IMG/VR virus record: IMGVR_UViG_3300009838_000002
Span: 1-54,154 of that record
Origin: a virus
DNA length: 54,154 nt
Reading direction: 5' to 3' (one strand)
Shown: in pieces, positions 17,600-24,745 of the stretch
Position numbering within the stretch: the first letter of the stretch is position 1
Layout of the letters: every line of letters starts with the position of its first letter
Made by a program: the position numbers and the translations under genes
Notes under the pieces: model-generated
What the model was told of the DNA's origin: nothing
The model's input: only the letters and a program-made list of their open reading frames with translations
The model's database searches: none

Positions 17600-19900
17600 C
17601 TATCTGAATCTGTAGCTTGGAGTTATTTCTTTGCCTTGAAAAGGGCTTTCTCGCGTCGTGGGAGCCCCGGTTTCGAGGTAATTTATGACGGTAAATTGAA
17701 GACAATCCTGGCAGTTGTGAACCATTATTCCGTTGGCGGGGAAGTTGTGGTATTTTTCTACTTCTAAGTTATAGACATCCTCAAATCCAAAAGGAGTAAT
17801 GCTTATTACTTTGTGGTTGTGGAACGAAGTCGCCTTTCCTCTTCTTTTTCTTGAAGTCATCCTCCAAAGGCAGGATTGAGAGCAATACATCTGCTTTGGA
17901 GTTCCTTGGTATTTTTCTCCGCATCCTTCACATATTTTTTCAATTCTACTCGCGTCAATAAATGCTCTCATGCTTTTCCCGACTTTATCTCTACTCTCTT
18001 GTGTCCAAGGATTTAGGCTTTTGCCTGGAGAATTTTTGACAAATTCTTTTACGTTTTTTCTTAGACTATTTATCCTTGTAATCTCGTGTTCTTTTTTACT
18101 TAATAGCATCAGGTTTTCCGGGTTGTTGTTTCTTCCATTTCCGTCTATGTGATGAATAATTGATCCCTTATTGTCGAATCCACCGAACCAATGCCATATG
18201 TAGTGATGCTCATAAGTAAAGCTGCCGTCGTTAAGCTCTATAGAAGTATGTCCAGTTGTTTTTACGTTTTCATAGAGCGGCATCAGCGAGTCTCCCCCTT
18301 TAAGATCGCGCAATGCCCTATAAGATCCGTCTCGCATCATAATTAAGTGATCTGGGGTGGCTATTATTTCTCCGTTGTCGTATGTCAATTTCCAAACCTC
18401 TGCGTTCTCTCTTGTCTTGCGGACTCCAGTTGCCTTCGCGGGAATAAGTCTTTTGTGCTCTTCTGAGTAGGCATAGGTGTAAAATTCTTGTCCCACAAGT
18501 TCTTTTATTGGCTTCCAGCCATTCAGAGTCCTAACCAACGAGCTTCCGGACAGGCAATGCTCATAATACGAATCGGCGGCTGGATGGCGTTTTTCGGCTT
18601 CATTCTTCGGTTCTTTGGCCCAAACATAGCCGTCTTCCATTCCCTCAATGAGTATCGGGCAATATCTTCCGTCTATCTGCAATGCAGGCTTTCCAGACAC
18701 CATGCGGTTTAACATGGCCACTACTTTTCCAATGCGATATTCATAGGTGGCTTTCTTGAATTTGGGCGACAAATTGAACGGAGGGTTTTTCATAATGTCC
18801 AGCCTGGTCTTCTCGCTCAAGTCTGACTTCATCACTCCCTGGGAGTCGCAACAGTCCACAAAGTCAAAGTCGGCGAACCAATCCAGGCTTCGCTCAAGGC
18901 CAAGTTCCAGGAAGCGCTCTATTTGAATTTTCTCCGGCATGAACTCGCGAAGGACGTTGAGTCTGTTTCCGGGGAGTCGCTGAGAAAAAAGAAGCGCCGG
19001 CCGATGGTAGCCAAAATCCCATGATCGAATGATCGGGAAGTCGTATTCTGGTTTTAAGCCTTCTCCTGAAACGTGAGTTTCCTTGTTGAATGTCCCGTGA
19101 TAAACCGGATCGCCGTAAATATCAGAACCCCATTCTCCAAGAACGTATCGCTTGTAGAGCGAAGGAGAATGGGCATATTGGCGCTTAATGGTTTCTTTGT
19201 ATCGTTCAGAAACATAAGGAACGTCGTCTATCGAGGCAGAGAAAACAAAAAAACCTTCGGTTCTTTCTTTCTCAAACCTCTTGAATAGCCAATGCCCTTT
19301 ATTCGGAGGGTTTGTCATGAGAAGGCACCACCAAGGGTATCCGTCTCCTTGCCTTCCAATTCTTCCAAGGGCGGTGTCGAAGTATAGTTCTGCAAGTTCA
19401 TTGGCTTCTTCAAATACTGCGAATGAAAGAGGAAGGCCGCCGAGCTTAGCGGCCATGTCGCTTGATCTGAAAAGGACTCTGGACCTGTTTGGAAATAAAA
19501 CCCAGTCTTCTTTTTTGTTTTCTTTGAATGGAATATTGCTTTCTTGTAGGTCCTGAATGAACTCTGCGCGTATCGAATCCCCCATCTCGCGGTAGGTCTT
19601 GCGCCCGATCATTCCTTGTATTCCGGGGTATTTGCGGCACGTTTCTTTAACAACGTCTATTGCAAGTGCTGTCTTTCCGGTGTGCAATGCGCCCTTGAAA
19701 AGAACCACATTTGGCGAACCTGAACTCGGGGCGTAAAGCCTATCTTTTACTTTCTGCTGAATTTCTCCGTGGACTCGATCCTTCGAGTTGTCATACTCTT
19801 CCATCTCCACCTGAGACTGCATAATGTCGGCCATCTGCTGAAACATTATCTCTTCAGGAGAAGGGAAGCGCCCGCCCTGGATCTGGACAGTCTCTTTCAT
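17600..19900 (-). CDS. terL: Terminase large subunit, interrupted by an in-frame intein
   Basis: Walker A GALHTGKT; Walker B LSFAVFEEA. The nuclease motif is split as ..ADSYYEH | intein | CQDCLQF..; the exteins total 485 aa. Confidence 0.85.
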   Translation of the reverse strand: MKETVQIQGGRFPSPEEIMFQQMADIMQSQVEMEEYDNSKDRVHGEIQQKVKDRLYAPSSGSPNVVLFKGALHTGKTALAIDVVKETCRKYPGIQGMIGRKTYREMGDSIRAEFIQDLQESNIPFKENKKEDWVLFPNRSRVLFRSSDMAAKLGGLPLSFAVFEEANELAELYFDTALGRIGRQGDGYPWWCLLMTNPPNKGHWLFKRFEKERTEGFFVFSASIDDVPYVSERYKETIKRQYAHSPSLYKRYVLGEWGSDIYGDPVYHGTFNKETHVSGEGLKPEYDFPIIRSWDFGYHRPALLFSQRLPGNRLNVLREFMPEKIQIERFLELGLERSLDWFADFDFVDCCDSQGVMKSDLSEKTRLDIMKNPPFNLSPKFKKATYEYRIGKVVAMLNRMVSGKPALQIDGRYCPILIEGMEDGYVWAKEPKNEAEKRHPAADSYYEHCLSGSSLVRTLNGWKPIKELVGQEFYTYAYSEEHKRLIPAKATGVRKTRENAEVWKLTYDNGEIIATPDHLIMMRDGSYRALRDLKGGDSLMPLYENVKTTGHTSIELNDGSFTYEHHYIWHWFGGFDNKGSIIHHIDGNGRNNNPENLMLLSKKEHEITRINSLRKNVKEFVKNSPGKSLNPWTQESRDKVGKSMRAFIDASRIEKICEGCGEKYQGTPKQMYCSQSCLWRMTSRKRRGKATSFHNHKVISITPFGFEDVYNLEVEKYHNFPANGIMVHNCQDCLQFTVINYLETGAPTTRESPFQGKEITPSYRFR
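17714..18556 (-). other. Intein (281 aa, residues 449-729 of TerL) carrying an HNH endonuclease and a zinc ribbon
   Basis: Starts at Cys (TGC 18556-18554; CLSGSSLV), has TPDH block B, ends ..GIMVHN (AAC 17716-17714) and is followed by Cys+1. Internal HHIDGNGRNNNPENLMLLSKKEHE and CEGCGEKY..YCSQSC. Confidence 0.85.
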
Positions 19901-20355
19901 TCCTCGTGTTCCTTGAGCATATTTGCCTTTTGAACCTCATAGGCAACGGGGTTTATATGCGAAGCAAACGATCTGGTGGCGTCAAGAATTGCCCTGCGCT
20001 GCGCCGGATCGGTGATACACACGAACACCACTTCATTGACGTAGCGCATGAGCATATTCTGGTTTATATCAACCTTCAGGGTTATTCCATCTTGAATTTC
20101 CTTGGCGCGTTTGGCTGTTCTGGAAACACTTTCCAGCATGTCGGTGATGGTTTTCAGGTTCGCAAGGTAGCCCGGTTCAAACTTTGAAGGAGGAACGTCT
20201 TTTCTCTCTTCAACCTCATCCTGGGCCATATAAACAAGAGTCCGCATCTTTGCCATCTCGTCCACGAGAGACATTGGCGCCGGACTCCGTAGAAATTCCT
20301 GATAGGTTTTCTTATATTTTTCTGGAATGTTGCACGTAAGGCTAGGGGTATCCAT
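19897..20355 (-). CDS. Putative terminase small subunit (152 aa)
   Basis: ATGA overlap with terL; no SD; the ATG lies 6 nt after a -10 box. Confidence 0.55.
   Translation of the reverse strand: MDTPSLTCNIPEKYKKTYQEFLRSPAPMSLVDEMAKMRTLVYMAQDEVEERKDVPPSKFEPGYLANLKTITDMLESVSRTAKRAKEIQDGITLKVDINQNMLMRYVNEVVFVCITDPAQRRAILDATRSFASHINPVAYEVQKANMLKEHEE
20338..20352 (+). promoter_or_regulatory. Copy of the AAGGCTAGGGGTATC motif, antisense over codons 2-6 of the putative terS
   Basis: Exact 15-mer shared with 15541-15555; lies at about +4 to +18 of the leaderless transcript. Confidence 0.7.
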
Positions 20356-20361
20356 GCTGAC

Positions 20362-20390
20362 ATTCTAGCACATGGAAATTTATTTGTAAA
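20362..20390 (-). promoter_or_regulatory. Sigma70-type promoter TTTACA-N17-TGcTAGAAT, 6 nt from the ATG (leaderless)
   Basis: Minus strand reads TTTACA aataaatttccatgtgc TAGAAT gtcagc ATG. Confidence 0.55.
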
Positions 20391-20589
20391 GGGTTTGCTT
20401 CGTTTTTCTAGTTATTTCTTTGATATTCGAGGTTATTCTGGGTTAATTACTCTTCTGAGTCCTTCGAGAATTATATTGATCCTGGCGATGGAAACTAAAC
20501 TTTTTTGAACATCTTTTTCTATGGCCGAAAGCCTCATTTCAAACTCAGCTTCTTCCTGAGACTCAACCGAAGGCTTGGCGAAGCGGCTT

Positions 20590-20748
20590 TTATTCGGGAA
20601 GTTTTCCGGCATCTACGATCTTCCCTTCGATGGAGGTTTCAAAAGAAACAGGAGGAATCTCTACGTCAGGTCCATTTCCTCGTGCTTTCTGTAATGACAA
20701 AATTTTTTCGAGCTCCATTTGAATTTGAGGACTTTCCACATCAGACAT
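20590..20748 (-). CDS. Hypothetical small protein (52 aa)
   Basis: ATG at 20748 overlaps the stop of 20741..21310 (ATGTCTGA); below the ORF-track size cutoff. Confidence 0.4.
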   Translation of the reverse strand: MSDVESPQIQMELEKILSLQKARGNGPDVEIPPVSFETSIEGKIVDAGKLPE

Positions 20749-21310
20749 TTTTCATCAACATTTCTTTCTTTATTTTGTTTCTACACCTGATAGGATGTTT
20801 GTTTATCTCCTCCTCCGTGAGTCTCAATGTTCTATATCCCTTAAAACCCAGCAGAACATCTTTGTTTATGTCCTTGTCTTTGGCTTTTTGTGGCGAGTGC
20901 CAATACCTTCCATCTGCCTCAATTCTTAAATCAGGAGGAATGAAAAAGTCGGCTATGCAAATACCCTCTATTCTCTTTTGCGTCTCGTAGGCAATGCCAA
21001 GTGAGTCCAGGATCTTCATCGTTTTTATTTCGATGGAGGTTTCTTTATTGGGCATTTGTGACTTGCAATAAATGCCGTTGCAACGATAAGAGCAGAATAC
21101 ATTTTGCCTTTTCATTCCAGATGGTCGCCTTATTAGTTCTTTGCCACACTGTTTACACTTTACCGTTTCTCTCTTCATTCGGGCTTTTCCGTGGCAAGTA
21201 TTAGAGCAAAACAATCCCCCGCCGATTTCAATGTAAAAGGGAGTCGTCTTAAATTCTTTACCGCATTGTTGGCATATTCGTATTATGGCTTTTCTATAAG
21301 AGATGCCCAT
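20741..21310 (-). CDS. PD-(D/E)XK (Vsr/DUF559-like) endonuclease with zinc-ribbon repeats; probable free-standing homing endonuclease
   Basis: CQQCGKEF..FCSNTC and CKQCGKEL..FCSYRC repeats; C-terminus ..ADFFIPPDLRIEADGRYWH.. Confidence 0.65.
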   Translation of the reverse strand: MGISYRKAIIRICQQCGKEFKTTPFYIEIGGGLFCSNTCHGKARMKRETVKCKQCGKELIRRPSGMKRQNVFCSYRCNGIYCKSQMPNKETSIEIKTMKILDSLGIAYETQKRIEGICIADFFIPPDLRIEADGRYWHSPQKAKDKDINKDVLLGFKGYRTLRLTEEEINKHPIRCRNKIKKEMLMKNV

Positions 21311-21350
21311 ACATTTTCGAGAACAGAATTTTCCTCCACCGGCTTTAATT

Positions 21351-21470
21351 CTAGGAATACTTTTGCTGTGTTTTACCGATACTGCAACACTGCAGAGAAC
21401 AGTATTTTTTCCGATTTCGACAAGGATAAGTTTTGAATTCTTTTCCGCAAATCTCGCAATTAGATATCAT
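21351..21470 (-). CDS. 39-aa ORF encoding a third zinc-ribbon repeat, one frame off from 20741..21310 (possible frameshifted 5' end)
   Basis: MISNCEICGKEFKTYPCRNRKKYCSLQC..; the downstream gene's frame is open back to 21466. Confidence 0.4.
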   Translation of the reverse strand: MISNCEICGKEFKTYPCRNRKKYCSLQCCSIGKTQQKYS

Positions 21471-21542
21471 TGCTTCTCTTAAACGTGAAAAAACATTTTT
21501 TTCGTTCAAAGAATAGGGTGATGTTGTAAAATTACTTCTCGC

Positions 21543-21827
21543 TCACTTCTTTTTCGCGATGCTGACGGACTTCACCGGATACGGCACCGAGAACTTGATG
21601 TCCTGTATGGCGAAAAACCCGCACTTCGCGCAGGCCTTTCCCGTAGCCGTCACCCCTAGTTCCGGGGTATCCACGTCAATGTTCACCGGAATCGTCCATT
21701 TCCCAATAAACCAGAACTGGAAAATCTTGTCAACCTTGATCTGGATAGGGGGAATAGTCAAGGGGATTTCTTTTTCAACATATAATCCAGAGGGGAAATC
21801 TTTTTCCGCGCACTTAGGGCAACTCAT
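21543..21827 (-). CDS. Hypothetical Cys-containing protein (94 aa)
   Basis: ATG at 21827 (MSCPKCAEKD..) with AAGGA upstream; the longer ORF-track extension is R/G-rich off-frame sequence. Confidence 0.5.
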   Translation of the reverse strand: MSCPKCAEKDFPSGLYVEKEIPLTIPPIQIKVDKIFQFWFIGKWTIPVNIDVDTPELGVTATGKACAKCGFFAIQDIKFSVPYPVKSVSIAKKK

Positions 21828-21883
21828 TTTTGCACCGTCCTTCTTTGTTTTTGCAATGTTGCTACAATGTTGTTGTAATGTTG

Positions 21884-22174
21884 CTATTTTGCCGTTGCTG
21901 CGTCCGCCGCGTCCTGCGCCGCTTGTTCCGCCGCCAGCTTCGCCCGGAAAAATTTCAGCGTGCTCTCGACAATCGGGCCGCCCATCGCTCCCGCCGCCGT
22001 CACTACGAGCCACCCCTGCAGGCCGTGGAAGCTCTTGAGCAGGTCCAGAATCATGCCCAGGTTTCCGGCCGCGAACGTCGCCGCGCCGACAATGACGCTG
22101 TAGAGATAGATTCTCAGTAGCCTGTTCCATGCCAACTGAGCAGGAGTCGGCGGAGCCTTTACTTTCTCAACCAT
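21884..22174 (-). CDS. Hypothetical membrane protein (96 aa)
   Basis: ATG at 22174 (MVEKVK..) overlaps the upstream stop by 8 nt; hydrophobic segments IYLYSVIVGAATFAAG and WLVVTAAGAMGGPI. Confidence 0.5.
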   Translation of the reverse strand: MVEKVKAPPTPAQLAWNRLLRIYLYSVIVGAATFAAGNLGMILDLLKSFHGLQGWLVVTAAGAMGGPIVESTLKFFRAKLAAEQAAQDAADAATAK

Positions 22175-22274
22175 TGTCGTCGTCCTCGCTTTCGTCAAAG
22201 AAGTATCCGCATCCAGGGCAATTCCATTCTTTTCCAATATGGATCATTGCCGATCCGCACACCGGGCAGTTCAC
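22167..22274 (-). CDS. Small zinc-ribbon protein (35 aa)
   Basis: GTG in a GTGA overlap with the upstream stop; VNCPVCGSAMIHIGKEWNCPGCGYFFDESEDDDNG. Confidence 0.45.
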   Translation of the reverse strand: MNCPVCGSAMIHIGKEWNCPGCGYFFDESEDDDNG

Positions 22275-22588
22275 GCGACTGAATTAACCTTGCAGACTGA
22301 CTCCTGTTTCTTGATCTGGGCCTTGACTGCGTTCACGCCAACCTTGCCAGTTCTTTCGCGAAGTTCGGATAGGTGAGTCTGATCGTTGAGTCGAGAAAAC
22401 TCTCCGAGATCGTCCTCCAGGGTTCCGAGGTGTTTGGCGCCGGAAGTCTTGCGAAGAGAACCGTCCTTGTCTCTGTGACGATGGCCGGGCATCTTTGGAG
22501 GATCATGAGGGCAATTCTCATTGTGGGTGCAGGGCAATTTTTCTCCGGGGCTATAGGGGCTGATCGGAGTCCTTGAAAGGCTATCCAT
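22271..22588 (-). CDS. Hypothetical protein (105 aa)
   Basis: ATG at 22588 preceded by AAGGAGGAA; about 170-nt leader from the promoter at 22763-22791. Confidence 0.55.
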   Translation of the reverse strand: MDSLSRTPISPYSPGEKLPCTHNENCPHDPPKMPGHRHRDKDGSLRKTSGAKHLGTLEDDLGEFSRLNDQTHLSELRERTGKVGVNAVKAQIKKQESVCKVNSVA

Positions 22589-22762
22589 GCTGTTCCTCCT
22601 TGGGGAGTGCATCCGAAGTCGGATGAGGCCGACTTACAACGACTCAATGAGTCTGGTTCGCTTTCGGCGATAAACTGCGGCCACATCCGCTTCGCTTAAA
22701 TATTTTGGGCGGGCTTAGGGCGGAGGGGTTGCGTCCTTCCGTGGGTAAACCCGCCAAAAAGA

Positions 22763-22791
22763 ATATTATCACATACCCCTAGCCTTGTCAA
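22763..22791 (-). promoter_or_regulatory. Sigma70-type promoter TTGACA-N17-TAATAT with the 14-mer motif filling the spacer
   Basis: Minus strand reads TTGACA AGGCTAGGGGTATGTGA TAATAT; the motif occupies 22773-22786. Confidence 0.55.
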
Positions 22792-22793
22792 TG

Positions 22794-23093
22794 CTATGGG
22801 GAGAAAATTTTACTATCTTTAAGCGCAGCCAACAAGTCTTTGACTATGCCACAAAATTGATGATGATCGAACGAGAATAGCTGTCCGCCTTTGTCGTCAT
22901 TCCAATAGCAATGCAGTTTTTCAACCAGGATGATCTCCAGTATTTCGTGCAGTAGGTTCTCTTTTGTCGCGGCGCACTTGGTCCCGATAGTAATTGTTCT
23001 GGTTTTAAAGACTCCTTCGGCGCCTTCTGTTTTGGGGTCATAGACAACTTTCCATTCGTAGCCGCAAATGCTAAGGGTTTTTGGGAGACTCAC
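22794..23093 (-). CDS. Hypothetical protein (99 aa)
   Basis: ORF track; GTG start 1 nt after the upstream TGA. Confidence 0.5.
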   Translation of the reverse strand: MSLPKTLSICGYEWKVVYDPKTEGAEGVFKTRTITIGTKCAATKENLLHEILEIILVEKLHCYWNDDKGGQLFSFDHHQFCGIVKDLLAALKDSKIFSP

Positions 23094-23094
23094 T

Positions 23095-23538
23095 TCACAG
23101 CCCCCTTATCCAGTCGAACACCGAGAACTTGGGCTTTGGCTCGACGAAGGATGTCTGTTGTTTTTTCAGGGCCTCTTCGTATTCTTCCTTCGCCTTTTTC
23201 TCGGCCTCCTCGGATGCCTTTATCTGTTCTTTTTTCCATGCGATCAACTGTTCTATGGTTTGAGGGGAGTCGAATAGCGGGGAAACTTGATTGAAATATG
23301 TCCTTCCGTAAAAATTAGCCAATGGATTATTAAACACGGGAACTTGAACATCAAGAATTATGTCTCCGTCTTTGTTGACAGAGGAAACCTCCAGCAACTC
23401 AGGAGTCAGATCTGCCTCGAATTTCTGGTCCTGCTTCCCGTCCCCTCCCTGTCGAATAGACTCCTTCTGGCCGGATTGGGACAGGTAGTAGATGACGGTT
23501 ACTTTCTTATTCATGAGATCTGGCTCTTCCCCTTTCAT
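23095..23538 (-). CDS. Hypothetical protein (147 aa; alternative start at 23514)
   Basis: ORF track; ATGA overlap with the upstream ORF. Confidence 0.5.
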   Translation of the reverse strand: MKGEEPDLMNKKVTVIYYLSQSGQKESIRQGGDGKQDQKFEADLTPELLEVSSVNKDGDIILDVQVPVFNNPLANFYGRTYFNQVSPLFDSPQTIEQLIAWKKEQIKASEEAEKKAKEEYEEALKKQQTSFVEPKPKFSVFDWIRGL

Positions 23539-23801
23539 CTTTCAGGTACTTCTTTTTTTTTCAAGGAGAGAGAGTCCGACGGCGAAGCCGGAGTCTCTTC
23601 TTCGGCTTCGGTTACGGGTACGGTTACGGATACGGTTACGGATACTTGTTTGGCATACCCTTCCGGCAACGGTTCTTCTAACCCTTTAGGAAAGGGTTTA
23701 AGTAACCCTTCAAGTAAGGGTTTCAAGAATGGCTTATCAAGGCCTCTAGGGCTGTTACAATTCCAAGAGGAGCAACCACGGCGCCGTGGTTCTTGCACCA
23801 C
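23535..23801 (-). CDS. Possible small P/K/E-rich protein (88 aa); coding status uncertain
   Basis: ATGA-coupled to the next gene, but the segment is packed with hairpins and tandem repeats and has a weak RBS. Confidence 0.3.
   Translation of the reverse strand: MVQEPRRRGCSSWNCNSPRGLDKPFLKPLLEGLLKPFPKGLEEPLPEGYAKQVSVTVSVTVPVTEAEEETPASPSDSLSLKKKEVPER
23610..23645. repeat. 12-nt tandem repeat x3 (GGTTACGGRTAC)
   Basis: ggttacgggtac ggttacggatac ggttacggatac. Confidence 0.9.
23774..23791. promoter_or_regulatory. Perfect 18-bp palindrome AACCACGGCGCCGTGGTT, 32 nt downstream of the RHH gene
   Basis: Read directly; no T-tract follows on either strand. Confidence 0.6.
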
Positions 23802-23822
23802 TCTTCTGCTTTATTGGCGAGT

Positions 23823-24122
23823 TCAAGTCGTTTGGAAAATAACATCATGGGCGCCCCCAGGAAAGTCTTTTTGTTCGCACATAACCATCCTATTTCCCAT
23901 TTTGTATATCCCAGACGGAACGGGAAGAGATCCGTGCAGCAGTTCGTCTAGGTTCTTGATCTCCAATGCCTCTAATTCAGAAAAAGGTTTCAAGATCGCC
24001 TTCTCCATCTCCGCCAGCACCAAGCGATCCAAAACTTTCACCATGCTTTCTCCGGTAAGCGCAGAGATCAGCTTTAACTTCTTCGCAGTCTCGGTGTATA
24101 TCTTTATGGTTTTCTGGCTCAT
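23823..24122 (-). CDS. Putative ribbon-helix-helix transcriptional regulator (99 aa)
   Basis: N-terminus KTIKIYTETAKKLKLISALTGESMVKVLDRLVLAE (beta strand then two helices); first gene of the minus arm at the divergent control region. Confidence 0.5.
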   Translation of the reverse strand: MSQKTIKIYTETAKKLKLISALTGESMVKVLDRLVLAEMEKAILKPFSELEALEIKNLDELLHGSLPVPSGIYKMGNRMVMCEQKDFPGGAHDVIFQTT

Positions 24123-24128
24123 GGTGGA

Positions 24129-24158
24129 ATTATACTACTTCGACTACTAATTTGTCAA
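24129..24158 (-). promoter_or_regulatory. Sigma70-type promoter TTGACA-N18-TATAAT, 6 nt from the ATG (leaderless)
   Basis: Minus strand reads TTGACA aattagtagtcgaagtag TATAAT tccacc ATG; no SD. Confidence 0.55.
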
Positions 24159-24160
24159 GA

Positions 24161-24171
24161 GGCTAGGGGTA
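24161..24171 (+). promoter_or_regulatory. Motif copy GGCTAGGGGTA abutting the -35 of the RHH promoter
   Basis: tgtcaa-ga-GGCTAGGGGTA-ggg. Confidence 0.6.
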
Positions 24172-24672
24172 GGGCAAAATTGAAACCCGATCCAAACCAA
24201 TTTTCCCCACACAGGCAGAGAAAAGGCAAGCGGACGGGGAGAGGAAATAGGGAAGTTCGTAATGGCGTCAAAAACGCACGGAAAAGACTTTGGGCGTGGA
24301 AAGATACCGACGGGCTAAAAAGAAAGCGGTTTTGACGGCAAAGAATAGGGCGGGTTTCGGAATTTGGTTTTGGTTGGAGGCTAATTTTCCTGGAGAGAGG
24401 AGAGAAAGGTCAGAGGCACGGAAAGAGAAAATAGCAAATTCGGTTTCGGAAAGGGGGAATAATGGCGCGGTTGTCGAGGAATTATGCGGAAGAGTTTTTC
24501 TGAGGCTGAACGAGGGGAGGGGGAGAGGAGGGGAATATGTCTGGTAAATGCTTGCTACGTTACCTGTGGGAAGATAGGGAAGTTCACTGCATGAAGACAA
24601 AAGGTATATCATAGCTGGCGGCCTACGGCATCGCAGCGCGGCGGACGCTCCGCCCCGTCCCCGCCCCCCCCC

Positions 24673-24707
24673 TTTCGCGCCTGGTTTTCCTCTCTTTTCG
24701 CGCCTGG
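24673..24707 (+). repeat. Direct repeat TTTCGCGCCTGG x2, 23 bp apart, upstream of the early promoter
   Basis: Copies at 24673-24684 and 24696-24707, 39-73 nt upstream of the -35. Confidence 0.8.
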
Positions 24708-24745
24708 AGATCGGCTTCTCATGCGCTTCTTCGGCTGCCTGCCTT

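Noticed and set aside
16882-17607. 241-aa plus-strand ORF
   Set aside because: It is the antisense shadow of the portal gene.
23287-24150. 287-aa plus-strand ORF
   Set aside because: It runs antisense through three minus-strand genes and the repeat cluster, with no RBS or promoter.
24268-24612. 114-aa minus-strand and 85-aa plus-strand ORFs in the control region
   Set aside because: Their low-complexity translations come from a purine/pyrimidine-skewed stretch. There are no start signals, so I treat the region as non-coding.
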